DNA of 61,437 bases, the filler included. It is 4 parts of 4 records of this genome, joined end to end, with 100 filler letters (N's around TTAATTAATTAA, not from the genome) between each part and the next. Parts side by side here need not be neighbours in the genome. Positions count along the whole stretch, not along the records: positions 22,302 to 49,848 come from SRR20825010_1420; positions 49,949 to 55,485 come from SRR20825010_1421; positions 55,586 to 61,437 come from SRR20825010_1424; 1 more part is not named here. The stretch is one strand, 5' to 3'. Positions 48,339 through 58,671 of this stretch are shown in pieces. The notes below the pieces were generated by a model. That model worked only from the letters and a program-made list of their open reading frames with translations, did no database searches and was not told the DNA's origin. The position numbers and the translations under genes were made by a program. The stretch's first letter is position 1. The number at the start of each line of letters is the position of its first letter.

Positions 48339-49848
48339 ATGAAAACAATTATCACTTCTATGCTCTTCGTAATACTTGCTCAGCAGGTTTCTGCGAAGAA
48401 TTTTTACGACCAGTTATGCGAATTCAACCCAAATTGGTCGAAGTATGAAACGCGAATTCAACAGAAAGACGCAAAACAATTTACTTCCGAGACGGAGTAC
48501 ATTCAAGCGCATTTAACCTCAGTACTGTCCGTTCTAAGAACAAATCCAACAGATCATTTAAGTGCGTATCAACTCGATTCACGTGCGCATTTAATCGGAG
48601 TACTTGACGGCTATCGACAAGATGGAAGATTTCCAATCAACTACTATCGAAATGAGCGAATTCCTGTATTTATCGACGAGCATAATACTCATTGCGCCGT
48701 TGGTTTTTTAATGCAAGAAACAGGTTTCGACTTTCTCGCAAACGAGATTTCGCAAAACGACAATTATGTATGGGTGAAAGACATTAACGATGCGAGAGTC
48801 CTTGAGTGGCAAGACGCTTCTGGATTTACACTTGAAGAATTAAAAATTATCCAAGGAGCGTATGATTTTTACTACCCTGATGCATTTATTGCTCCAAACA
48901 AGTATGAGATTCCACAGAAACCAGCGTGTACTATCGTGTATTTTGAAGATCAACAAACAGGAAAAGAATTAGCTCATACAGCAGAGAATGTTTGGTTTTA
49001 TGGCGAAGGAAAAAGCGGTGTGTTGAATGGTCGATGGGAACAAAACTACGGTGTTGGAATTCCATGGATCGTTGGTTATTACAAAAATGGTAAGCGCACC
49101 GGACAATGGAAAGAATACTATCAAGGAACCGACAAATTATGTCGAACTGAGAACTGGAGAGACGATAAACTCAACGGAGTTCGAATCCGCTTCGATATGT
49201 CGGGAGAGATTGTAGAAGAAATCATGTTCAAAGATGGAGAAGCAGTAACGAAAACAAATTATGATCGTGCACAAGGAATTAAAGCCGTGAGAACGCCATT
49301 GGATTCTGTGATGTTATACAACGAAACTTACACCTTGGAAGGAAGACTTTTAGCGACTGGTGTTGAGCGGGTTCATAATCCTGGAAATTTGTTGTGGTTT
49401 CAAAACATCGAACTAACCGCGCTTAATTCTGTCGCAATCACAGCGCGATCAGCAATTCAGGAAGTTGAAACTCCCTTCGACGGTGGAATGAGTAGCGGAA
49501 TGGGCGGTAGATCCCATCGTTCATTGAGCAGAAACCTGTTCCAAACTCCAGCACTTGTTGAATACAAAAAGGAAGGAAAATGGATGTTTTACGGTGACTC
49601 TGATCAATCGTTAGCAGCTGAAGGAAGTCGTGCGTTGTCGCTTTCGAATCGAATTCAAACAGATTTTCAGCATTTTGGAGTTGAATTAAGTAGATCTGCG
49701 TCTATAATGAATGAGCTCAGCGTTAAAAGTAAATTTGATTCTGTGGTTGTTCATTACGAGAATAATACCGTGTATGATTTCTTAGGATACGGGCAGAATG
49801 AATTTAAGCACTTGCACTTTGCATACCATGATAGCAGCCCTATAACTC
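48339..49848 (+). CDS. Secreted hypothetical protein: unknown Cys-motif N-domain plus MORN-variant repeats; truncated
   Basis: Signal peptide MKTII...VSA; GRFPIN...PVFIDEHNTHCAVGFLM; repeats such as GYYKNGKRTGQWKEYY. Confidence 0.8.
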
Positions 49849-49948
49849 NNNNNNNNNNNNNNNNNNNNNNNNNNNNNNNNNNNNNNNNNNNNTTAATTAA
49901 TTAANNNNNNNNNNNNNNNNNNNNNNNNNNNNNNNNNNNNNNNNNNNN
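49849..49948. other. Artificial contig linker
   Basis: N44-TTAATTAATTAA-N44. Confidence 0.98.
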
Positions 49949-51158
49949 CAATTGCTGCTCCGATATTCTGAATTCCTTTTTTTGATAATTTTTGAAACGT
50001 CATACTTTTTAGGAAACTATCTAAATTTACACCGCTATATTGTTTCGCATAACCGTTAGTTGGCAATGTATGATTGGTTCCCGAAGCATAGTCACCTGCG
50101 CTTTCTGGCGTGTAATCGCCAATAAATACCGACCCTGCGTTATGTATGTTTTCAAGGAAAAAATCTTCTTCTTTTGAAATAATTATAAAGTGTTCAGGGC
50201 CGTATTCATTAATAAGATTAATTGCTTCTGAATTATTTTCAACCAAAATTAGCTTTGTATTTTCAATAGCTTTAATGGCAATATCTTTACGTGTTAATAA
50301 TTCAAGCTGTTTAAGCACTTCTTTTTCAACAGAATTCAGCACTTTTTCAGAAGTAGTAACTAAAATCACTTGGCTATCTGCTCCATGCTCAGCTTGCGAT
50401 AACAAATCGGATGCTACAAATGAAGTATTTGCAGTTTCATCAGCAAAAACCAATAATTCTGAAGGTCCAGCAGGCATATCAATAGCCACATTATATTTTG
50501 TAGCCATTTGTTTAGCAACAGTTACATACTGATTACCTGGGCCAAAAATTTTATAAACAGAAGGAATTTTTTTAGTACCAAAAGTCAATGCGCCAATTGC
50601 TTGAATTCCTCCAACTTTATAGATATTTGAAATACCACAAAGTTTTGCTGTATATAGTATTGTAGGGTTTATTTTTCCGCTTTTATCGGGTGGTGTACAC
50701 AAAACAATTTCTTTACACCCAGCAATTGCCGCTGGTATGGCAAGCATTAAAACTGTTGAAAATAAAGGCGCTGAGCCTCCAGGAATGTATAGCCCAACTT
50801 TTTGAATGGGTCTTTTTTCCTGCCAACAGCATACACCTTCTGTAGTTTCAACAGTAATTCTTTTCGTTATTTGAGCTCGGTGAAATTTCTCAATGTTTGA
50901 TTTAGCAATATTAATAGCTTTCTTCAACACATTAGAAACAACTTTTTCTGCTTCTAGAATTTCCTTTTCAGAAACTATTGATTCTTCAATCGCTACTTCG
51001 TCAAAAAGCAGTGTGTATTTTTTTATTGCTTCGTCTCCATTTAATTTTATTTCTAAAAAAACTTCATCTACAAGTGACGCTACATCAGCTATAGACTGGG
51101 TTGGACGTTTTAATAAAGTAGTCCAAGTTTCAGGTTTTGGATATATAATTTTTTCCAT
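49949..51158 (-). CDS. hisD: Histidinol dehydrogenase, 3' end truncated
   Basis: GLYIPGG, GPGNQYV, DMPAGPSE, SQAEHG, PEH, GDYASGTNHTLPT. Confidence 0.97.
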
Positions 51159-51162
51159 TTTC

Positions 51163-52029
51163 TTATAAAATCATTTTTTCAATTGGGCAAACAACTATTC
51201 CTTCTGCTCCCGCATCTTTGAGTTCTTCTATCACTTCCCAGAATTTATCACGGTTTACCACTGAATGTACACTACTCCAGCCTTCTTCTGCCAAAGGAAG
51301 TAAGGTTGGACTTTTCATTCCTGGAAGAATTTTTATAATAGCCTTAATTTTATCATTAGGCGCATTTAGCAATACATAACGTGAATCTCGACCTTGCAAT
51401 ACAGATTGAATTCTAAAGCGAAGTTTGTCAAGAATTTTATTAGTATTTGTTGTAATATTTGGTGAAACCGCGAGTACAGCTTCACTATTAAGAATTACTT
51501 CAACTTCCTTTAAATTATTTTTAAAAAGTGTGCTTCCGCTGCTTACTATATCACAAATGGCGTCTGCTAAACCTATGTTTGGAGCTATTTCAACACTTCC
51601 ATTAATAATGTGTAACTCAGCTTCAATACCTTTTGCTTTTAAGAAATTTTTTGTTGTTTCAGGATAGCTTGTAGCTATTCTTTTTCCGTTTAAATCTTGA
51701 ATGGAATCATATTCAAATATTTTTGAAACTGCCAGTGAAACTCTACATTTTGAAAAACCTAACCGCCTTACAATATTAATTCCTTCCCCTTTTTCAACTA
51801 AAAGATTTTCACCAATAATGGCACAATCAACTACACCGTCATTAAGATATTGAGGAATATCGCCATTTCTTAAGTAATAAATTTCTAATGGAAAGTTAGT
51901 TGCAGCGGCTTTTAATTGATCCCGACCATTGTCAATATAGATTCCACAATCCTTTAAAAGCGCTAATGACTCATCGTGAAGACGCCCTGATTTTTGTACA
52001 GCAATTTTTAATTTTTTCATTGATTCCAT
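51163..52029 (-). CDS. hisG: ATP phosphoribosyltransferase, long form (start at 52029 or 52020)
   Basis: IAVQKSGRL, RIATSYP, GSVEIAP, DIVSSGSTL; C-terminal regulatory domain. Confidence 0.97.
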   Translation of the reverse strand: MESMKKLKIAVQKSGRLHDESLALLKDCGIYIDNGRDQLKAAATNFPLEIYYLRNGDIPQYLNDGVVDCAIIGENLLVEKGEGINIVRRLGFSKCRVSLAVSKIFEYDSIQDLNGKRIATSYPETTKNFLKAKGIEAELHIINGSVEIAPNIGLADAICDIVSSGSTLFKNNLKEVEVILNSEAVLAVSPNITTNTNKILDKLRFRIQSVLQGRDSRYVLLNAPNDKIKAIIKILPGMKSPTLLPLAEEGWSSVHSVVNRDKFWEVIEELKDAGAEGIVVCPIEKMIL

Positions 52030-52053
52030 TTGTTTTACTTGAGTTATAGGTAT

Positions 52054-52086
52054 AAAAAAACCCGTTTGATTGCTCAAACGGGTTTT
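52054..52086 (-). terminator. his operon attenuator terminator
   Basis: Minus strand AAAACCCGTTTGA-GCAA-TCAAACGGG-T7. Confidence 0.92.
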
Positions 52087-52116
52087 GAATATTGTTGAAT
52101 TTACAGCACAACCATA

Positions 52117-52173
52117 TCACCTCGCATGAGCAAAGAAATTAATATGGTGATGATGTAAACTTGTTCTGTTCAT
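52117..52173 (-). CDS. hisL: his operon leader peptide, MNRTSLHHHHINFFAHAR*
   Basis: Hand translation; four tandem His codons directly upstream of the terminator and hisG. Confidence 0.9.
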   Translation of the reverse strand: MNRTSLHHHHINFFAHAR

Positions 52174-52184
52174 AATTGTGTGGA

Positions 52185-52192
52185 CAAATCTA
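52185..52192 (-). promoter_or_regulatory. Bacteroidota -7 promoter element (TAnnTTTG) for the his leader
   Basis: TAGATTTG on the minus strand, 11 nt before the leader ATG. Confidence 0.7.
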
Positions 52193-52308
52193 AACAAAAA
52201 GATTGTTTAAAAAACTGTGAATATTAAATTTAACGATTAATTAATTTATTAATCTATTTCTTTACTTTAACAGCTATAAAGTAAACCATAGTAAAACCAA
52301 CACTTCTT

Positions 52309-54036
52309 ATGCATTTAGCCACACTTGACTGGGTTCTTATAATTTCATTTTTTATTGTTTTTATTGTTATTGGATTAGTTGTAGCAAAAAAGTCTGGTAA
52401 AGATTCAAAATCCTTTTTTCTATCTGATAGAAATATGCCGTGGTGGTTACTTGGCGTAAGTATGGTAGCTACAACATTTGCTGCAGATACACCCAATTTT
52501 GTGGCAGGCGTTATTCGTGAAGACGGTGTATTTGGCAATTGGATTTGGTGGAGTTTTCTTTTAACAGGAATGCTAACCGTATTTTTTTACGCTAAACTTT
52601 GGCGAAAAAGTGGCATTACTACAGATTTAGAATTTTATGAATTACGATATAGCGGAAAAAGCGCCGCCTTTTTAAGAGGTTTTCGAGCCATATATCTTGG
52701 CGTTTTCTTTAACATTGTTATTATGGCGAATGTATGCCTAGCTGCAATAAAAATTGGCCACGTAATGTTCGGTTTATCTTCTTATGAAGTTTTATTAATT
52801 GCTTCTCCCGTAGTAGTAATTTATTCAGCTTTTGGTGGGTTGAAAGGTGTTTTATTGACAGATTTTGTGCAATTTATAATTGCTATGATAGGAAGCATTT
52901 GGGCAACTATCTATATAGTAAATATGCCTGAAATTGGTGGTATAGAAAAACTTCTCTCCACTCCTGCCGTTGCTGCCAAGACCGCAATGCTACCTGATTT
53001 TTCAAAACCAGAACTTTTAATTCCGCTACTTATTATTCCACTTGCGGTGCAATGGTGGAGTGTTTGGTATCCTGGTGCAGAACCAGGCGGAGGTGGTTAT
53101 ATTGCGCAAAGAATGCTTGCTGCAAAAGATGAAAAGCACGCAACTTGGGCTACCTTATTTTTTAATATTGCGCATTATGCACTTCGCCCTTGGCCTTGGA
53201 TTATCATTGGTTTGGCTTCCATAATTATTTTTCCAAACCTTGAAAGTTTACAAGCTGCATTTCCAAATTTGGATCCATCATTTGTGAAAAATGATTTATC
53301 ATATCCTGCAATGCTTACATTTTTACCAGCAGGTTTATTGGGTATCGTAATTACATCGTTAATTGCTGCATTTATGAGCACCATTTCTACACATTTAAAC
53401 TGGGGAAGTTCATATGTTGTAAATGATTTTTATGTTAGATTTATTCGAAAAGAGGCTTCAGGAAAAGAGCAAGTTGCAGTTGGTAGAATCTCTACTGTTG
53501 TAATGATGGTACTTGCTGGATTATTAGCACTTGTACTTGAAGAAGCTCGTGATGGGTTCAATTTACTACTATCCATTGGAGCTGGAACTGGATTACTCTT
53601 TATTTTACGATGGTTTTGGAGTAGAATAAACCCGTATAGTGAAATTGCTGCAATGCTAATTTCATTTGTTATTGCTGCTTTTTTCTTTATAAATGAAAAA
53701 ATGGAAACTCCCATGGTTGAAATAGCTGGGCATTGGCAACTGGTTCTTGGTGTAGTAATTACAACTATAGGTTGGGTGCTTGTAACATTTTTAACAAAAC
53801 CTTCAGACGCAAATACATTAAACAGTTTCAATAGCTTAATTTTTGGTAATGAATCTAAATTTAAAGGCTTCGGAATGAAAATTCTTGGGTTTTTTGCAGG
53901 TGTGGTTGGCGTGTATTGTACCTTGTTTGCTATCGGAAACTTTATTTACAGCAATACCCTGCTAGCCTTCGGATTAACTACTGTGGCTATAGTTTGTGGT
54001 TTGGTAATTATAAAATCATTTCAAAAGACTAACTAA
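52309..54036 (+). CDS. Sodium:solute symporter (SSS) family protein
   Basis: Multi-TM; SMVATTFAADTP, GGLKGVLLTD, AQRMLAAKDE, AAFMSTIS. Confidence 0.92.
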   Translation: MHLATLDWVLIISFFIVFIVIGLVVAKKSGKDSKSFFLSDRNMPWWLLGVSMVATTFAADTPNFVAGVIREDGVFGNWIWWSFLLTGMLTVFFYAKLWRKSGITTDLEFYELRYSGKSAAFLRGFRAIYLGVFFNIVIMANVCLAAIKIGHVMFGLSSYEVLLIASPVVVIYSAFGGLKGVLLTDFVQFIIAMIGSIWATIYIVNMPEIGGIEKLLSTPAVAAKTAMLPDFSKPELLIPLLIIPLAVQWWSVWYPGAEPGGGGYIAQRMLAAKDEKHATWATLFFNIAHYALRPWPWIIIGLASIIIFPNLESLQAAFPNLDPSFVKNDLSYPAMLTFLPAGLLGIVITSLIAAFMSTISTHLNWGSSYVVNDFYVRFIRKEASGKEQVAVGRISTVVMMVLAGLLALVLEEARDGFNLLLSIGAGTGLLFILRWFWSRINPYSEIAAMLISFVIAAFFFINEKMETPMVEIAGHWQLVLGVVITTIGWVLVTFLTKPSDANTLNSFNSLIFGNESKFKGFGMKILGFFAGVVGVYCTLFAIGNFIYSNTLLAFGLTTVAIVCGLVIIKSFQKTN

Positions 54037-54072
54037 AAAAAGCCTTCCACGAAGGAAGGCTTTTATTTTTTT
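54035..54072. terminator. Bidirectional intrinsic terminator
   Basis: A7-GCCTTCC-ACGAA-GGAAGGC-TTTT between convergent genes. Confidence 0.88.
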
Positions 54073-54088
54073 AAATATTGTTGCTTAT

Positions 54089-54904
54089 TTAGTTATCCCC
54101 TAAAATTAAAGGCAAACCACTTTCGCCAGAACCAACAACAACTACTTTCGCATTTGGTGATTTTGCAAGCTCTAAGGTTGCATCAATACCTTTATCTTGA
54201 AGAATTTTATCTGTCAATGATGCACTTAATATCTTGTTAGCATCTGCTTTACCTTGTGCTTCAATACGAACTTTTTGAGCTTCTTTCGTAGCTTTTTCAA
54301 GACGGAATTCATATTCTAATGATTCTTGTTCCTGACGTAGTTTTCTTTCAATTGCATCTTTAATAGCAGCTGGAAGCGTAACATCACGCACCAAAACTTC
54401 ATTTAATTGAATGTATTGCTTATCTAAAATCTTCTTTGTTTCTTCAAAAATTTCTTCTTGAATTGCATCACGCTTGCTAGAGTATAGCTGCTCCGGGGTA
54501 TAACGCCCCACAACACTTCTTGCCGCACTTCTAATTGCTGGCTGAATTACACGCTGTAAATAATTTTCTCCTTTTTCTTGGTGTAATTTTGCGATATCTG
54601 AAGGAACTGGCTGATACCATGCGGAAGCGTCCAATTTAATTTCAAGTCCATTTGAAGAAAGTACCTGCATTTTTTCACTTAATTCCTGCTGACGAACTTC
54701 ATAAATAAAAACTTTATTCCATGGAGCAATGATGTGAAACCCTTCTCCTAACGGTGGTTCATCTGTAACAACTCCATTCGAAAATGTTTGATAAAGCACT
54801 CCAGCATGTCCTGCTTTAATAGTAACTGAAGATTTTGACACTAAGATAATAAGTAATACAATTCCTACGATTACAGGTATTGTGAGTTTGGGTAATTTTT
54901 CCAT
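54089..54904 (-). CDS. Prohibitin/SPFH (band 7) family protein
   Basis: N-terminal TM, GEGFHIIAPW, RSVVGRYT, AIERKL, EAQGKA. Confidence 0.92.
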   Translation of the reverse strand: MEKLPKLTIPVIVGIVLLIILVSKSSVTIKAGHAGVLYQTFSNGVVTDEPPLGEGFHIIAPWNKVFIYEVRQQELSEKMQVLSSNGLEIKLDASAWYQPVPSDIAKLHQEKGENYLQRVIQPAIRSAARSVVGRYTPEQLYSSKRDAIQEEIFEETKKILDKQYIQLNEVLVRDVTLPAAIKDAIERKLRQEQESLEYEFRLEKATKEAQKVRIEAQGKADANKILSASLTDKILQDKGIDATLELAKSPNAKVVVVGSGESGLPLILGDN

Positions 54905-54930
54905 TATTTATATTGATTTTGATTATTTTA

Positions 54931-55485
54931 CTAGATGAGCCCGTTATACTTTCTGATAAACCATTCTGCAGCGAGGGCAAAAATGATAAGTGCGAGAAGA
55001 TATTTCCAATCTATCAAAGGTACCACTTTTTGTTCGCTTCGTTCTATGTTTTGGAAATTAGGATTGTCAATCAACGATTTTAGTAACAAATCACTTTGCG
55101 TAACAAAATAACTTTCTCCATTAGTATTTGCTGAAATTCGCTGCAACTTTGAAACAGCAGCATTTAGAAATTGTTGCTCTACATTAAAATCTAAAATCGT
55201 AAAATTTCCGCTACTGGAAACCCCTTCATTTGCAACAGAAATGGTAAAACCATATTCACCCGCAGGAAGACTATTCAAGTCTACTTCATAATAATTATTT
55301 CGCAAAAGCATCGGAAAAACTGTTAGTTTCTCCGTTTCTTGATTTTTTACAGTAATATTAAGTGCTGCGCGATTATCAAAAACATAATTTTTGTCAAAAT
55401 ATTGGGCCGAAATCTTTATCGGATTGTTATTGTAATAAAATGTTTCAGAAGAAACCTCTAACCTACTTCTACGTTTATTTGAAGC
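54931..55485 (-). CDS. C-terminal fragment of a conserved Flavobacteriaceae membrane protein (often annotated VWA-domain)
   Basis: Frame is open to the contig edge (ASNKRRSRLEV...); ends in a TM helix plus EWFIRKYNGLI. Confidence 0.7.
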   Translation of the reverse strand, partial: ASNKRRSRLEVSSETFYYNNNPIKISAQYFDKNYVFDNRAALNITVKNQETEKLTVFPMLLRNNYYEVDLNSLPAGEYGFTISVANEGVSSSGNFTILDFNVEQQFLNAAVSKLQRISANTNGESYFVTQSDLLLKSLIDNPNFQNIERSEQKVVPLIDWKYLLALIIFALAAEWFIRKYNGLI

Positions 55486-55585
55486 NNNNNNNNNNNNNNN
55501 NNNNNNNNNNNNNNNNNNNNNNNNNNNNNTTAATTAATTAANNNNNNNNNNNNNNNNNNNNNNNNNNNNNNNNNNNNNNNNNNNN
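55486..55585. other. Artificial contig linker
   Basis: N44-TTAATTAATTAA-N44. Confidence 0.98.
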
Positions 55586-55709
55586 AGTTAAAGCGTTCGG
55601 TGCAGCTATCGAAGAAGGTCTTTCAGAGCGTAAGAAAGACAAAGAAGAAGCTAAACTTTCTGAAGAGGAAGAAGCTAAGAAAGCTGTGGACGCTGAAACA
55701 AAAGAATAA
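55586..55709 (+). CDS. rpsB: 30S ribosomal protein S2, C-terminal fragment
   Basis: VKAFGAAIEEGLSERKKDKEE...ETKE*, directly upstream of tsf. Confidence 0.85.
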
Positions 55710-55734
55710 TCCACAACTTGATTTGAAATAAATT

Positions 55735-55776
55735 AAAAATTGAACATCAAGTTTCGGCTTATGTTCAATTTTTTTT
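55735..55776 (+). terminator. rpsB-tsf intergenic terminator/attenuator hairpin
   Basis: AAAAATTGAACAT-c-AAGT-TTCG-GCTT-ATGTTCAATTTTT-TTTT. Confidence 0.8.
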
Positions 55777-55910
55777 GTTTTATCCTATTCTTCAAGGTGC
55801 CAGTCGCCAAGAAGCAACTATAATCACTCCTCGAGTACAGACCTTCTTTAGTGTTCTGACCTCAAGGTTCCAAAAGAATTTATCCCGTTTTATTTTAAAC
55901 TGATAACACA

Positions 55911-56741
55911 ATGGCAATTACTGCACAAGAAGTAAACAAATTGAGACAAATGACCGGTGCCGGTATGATGGATTGCAAGAAAGCACTTACCGAATCAGAA
56001 GGTGATTTCGAGAAAGCTGTAGACATCCTCAGAAAGAAAGGTCAAAAAGTATCTGCTTCAAGAGCTGACCGTGAGACTAAAGAAGGTGTAGCTGTAACTA
56101 AAGTGTCTGAAAATGGCGCTAAAGGTGTTTTGCTTACGTTGACTTGCGAAACTGACTTCGTTGCTAAAAATGATGGCTTCGTAACTTTTGCTAATGAATT
56201 GCTTGACCTTGCTGTAGAAAAAAGTGCTACTTCTGTTGAAGAACTATATGCACTTCCTTTCCAAGGCTTAACTGTTTCAGAGAAAATCATTGAGATGACT
56301 GGCAAAATCGGTGAGAAAATCGAAGTGTCTCATTTCGAAATCATCGAAGCTGAAACTGTAGTTCCTTACATCCACTCTAATGGTAAATTAGGTGTATTGG
56401 TAGGATTGACTAACACAAGCGGAGCTGACGTAGAAGAAGCTGGAAAAGACGTAGCAATGCAAATTGCAGCGATGAACCCTGTTGCTTTGGACAAAGACGG
56501 AGTTGATTCTTCTGTAGTAGAGAGAGAAATCGAAGTTGGAAAAGAGCAAGCAAGAGCTGAAGGTAAGCCTGAAGAAATGCTTGAGAAAATCGCTCTTGGT
56601 AAACTGAACAAGTTCTACAAAGAGAATACGCTTCTTAGCCAGTCTTTTGTGAAAGACAACAACAAAACTATTGCTCAATACCTTGACAGTGTAAGCAAGG
56701 GAATGACTGTATCTGCATTCAAAAGAGTATCTATCGGTTAA
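55911..56741 (+). CDS. tsf: Elongation factor Ts
   Basis: LRQMTGAGMMDCKKAL, CETDFVAKN, AMQIAAMNP. Confidence 0.98.
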   Translation: MAITAQEVNKLRQMTGAGMMDCKKALTESEGDFEKAVDILRKKGQKVSASRADRETKEGVAVTKVSENGAKGVLLTLTCETDFVAKNDGFVTFANELLDLAVEKSATSVEELYALPFQGLTVSEKIIEMTGKIGEKIEVSHFEIIEAETVVPYIHSNGKLGVLVGLTNTSGADVEEAGKDVAMQIAAMNPVALDKDGVDSSVVEREIEVGKEQARAEGKPEEMLEKIALGKLNKFYKENTLLSQSFVKDNNKTIAQYLDSVSKGMTVSAFKRVSIG

Positions 56742-56799
56742 TCCGAAAAGATTCTTAGTCCTAAAAAAACCTCTTCAATTAATTTTGAAGAGGTTTTTT
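56742..56799 (+). repeat. Direct repeat copy 1, including the tsf terminator
   Basis: TCCGAAAAGATTCTTAGTCCTAAAAAAACCTCTTCAATTAATTTTGAAGAGGTTTTTT. Confidence 0.88.
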
Positions 56800-57067
56800 T
56801 TTGATTTATGCTGCTCTGATAGATCCCGAAACTTCAAACTGTCAAAAACAGGAAGTAAACACCTTTTGATTTGATATTTGTATTTGGTAGAATTCGAACA
56901 TTTGATTTGGAAAAATAAATTTCAAAGTTGACTATTCTGAGGATCACCGAATGAATATCCATACTTTTAGGATTGCTTGCGAGATCCCTGATCTTACATG
57001 AAAACAATACTAAATCACTATTAAAATTAGTCCCTGCTCCTCAAATCCAGAACCTTATTTTACTATA

Positions 57068-58645
57068 ATGAAAAATATTCTTTGTACTACGATTCTATTA
57101 ATTGCTTCGATTTCTTTGGCCATCGGCCAAAATTGGGATTGGGGAGGCCCCATTGATCCTCTTCAGGAAAAGTTTGAGATAAAGCATTACAGGTTGGAAT
57201 TAGAGCTTTATCCCACTACTCAATCGATCAAAGGCAAAAGCACAGTTACTTTTTCTACCATAGAAAAGCTAGATATTCTTCGACTCGACCTTATCGATGA
57301 ATATAAAGTGACAAGTGTACAAATGAATGGAGCTGAAGTTGAATTCTCACATGAAAATGATCTCCTAGATATTCGAGTGGAAAATTCTACTTACGATGCA
57401 GTGGATATTTTCTATGAAGGAAAAACCCCAATTGCTCTTAATCCGCCTTGGGATGGTGGATTTACTTGGAAAAAAGATAAACTGGGAAATGATTGGATGG
57501 GCTTTTCATCCCAAGGTGAAGGGGGAAAGGTATTTATGCCTGCGCTGGATCACCCGTCTTCAGAAGCTTTAGAAGGCGTGGATTTGTTGATTACCGTTCC
57601 AAAACCATACTACGTTGCAGGTAACGGACGACTTGATCAAATCCAACAAGAAGGCGAAAAGCTGACTTATTATTGGAGAACAGATTATCCGATTAACAAT
57701 TATGGAATCAACTTTACCATGGGAATTTTCCACGAGGAAAAGATAAACTTCTCCTCTATTTCGGGAGATCAAATCCCTATGCATGTATGGGTATTGCAGG
57801 AAAACAAAGCCAAGGCAAAGGACATTTTGGAGGTGCTTAAGGTTTCCACCGAAACACAGGAAAAATACTTTGGAGCATATCCATGGCCTAAAGATAAGAT
57901 TGCGATAGTCGAAACTCCCTACCTCGGCATGGAGCATCAGACCATCAATGCATATGGGAATAACTATCGATTTGTAAAGATGGGCTCAGTCAATTATGAC
58001 AATTTATTACACCATGAATTAGGACATGAGTGGTTCGGAAATAAAGTATCAGTGGGAGATTGGGCAGATTTCTGGATTCAAGAGGGAATTACCTCCTTCG
58101 GAGACTGGATGTTTTATTGGGAGCACGGTGGAGAAGAAGCTTATTTCAAAAAAGCAAAAAGTACCTTAAAACAAATTTCACATTCGAAGCCAGTGGTCAG
58201 TGCTGTAAACAGTACAGAAGAGGAAGCCTATCATCCAGAAATTTATACTAAAGGCGCTTATGTGATGCATTCCTTGCGCTGGGTTTTGGGTGATGACGTT
58301 TTCTTTCCTATGCTGAAAGCTTTCTCTAGTGACCCGCGATTTACCTATGAAAATCAAGTCAATACCCGTGATTTTATCGATTTTGTTCAATCCTATTCAA
58401 GGAAAGACTTGGAAGGTTTCTTTCAGTTATATCTCTATACGACTGACATTCCAGAAGTGAAAATCTCAAAAAAAGGAGAGAAAGGTTACGAAGTTTCGTT
58501 GCTCGGAATTGATTTCCAATTGCCTGTTGAGGTGGAAACAGAAAAGGGAATAGAAACAGTGACACTAGGCAAACAACCACTTTTGATAAATAGTAAAAGC
58601 CTTCCAATCGTCGATCCACGGGGTTGGTTAATGCTGAAAAAATAA
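57068..58645 (+). CDS. Secreted M1-family Zn aminopeptidase
   Basis: Signal peptide; GMEHQ, HELGHEW-x-E (WIQEG), YTKGA. Confidence 0.93.
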   Translation: MKNILCTTILLIASISLAIGQNWDWGGPIDPLQEKFEIKHYRLELELYPTTQSIKGKSTVTFSTIEKLDILRLDLIDEYKVTSVQMNGAEVEFSHENDLLDIRVENSTYDAVDIFYEGKTPIALNPPWDGGFTWKKDKLGNDWMGFSSQGEGGKVFMPALDHPSSEALEGVDLLITVPKPYYVAGNGRLDQIQQEGEKLTYYWRTDYPINNYGINFTMGIFHEEKINFSSISGDQIPMHVWVLQENKAKAKDILEVLKVSTETQEKYFGAYPWPKDKIAIVETPYLGMEHQTINAYGNNYRFVKMGSVNYDNLLHHELGHEWFGNKVSVGDWADFWIQEGITSFGDWMFYWEHGGEEAYFKKAKSTLKQISHSKPVVSAVNSTEEEAYHPEIYTKGAYVMHSLRWVLGDDVFFPMLKAFSSDPRFTYENQVNTRDFIDFVQSYSRKDLEGFFQLYLYTTDIPEVKISKKGEKGYEVSLLGIDFQLPVEVETEKGIETVTLGKQPLLINSKSLPIVDPRGWLMLKK

Positions 58646-58671
58646 GTCTTTAAATTTTAGGATCTCTATAT

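Noticed and set aside
49000-49270. YwqK-like antitoxin / toxin-antitoxin system
   Set aside because: Only generic MORN-variant repeats in a secreted protein; no adjacent toxin gene is visible.
52030-52077. Extended hisG N-terminus (MSNQTGFF...) from the ORF track
   Set aside because: It runs through the attenuator terminator; the true start is at 52029 or 52020.
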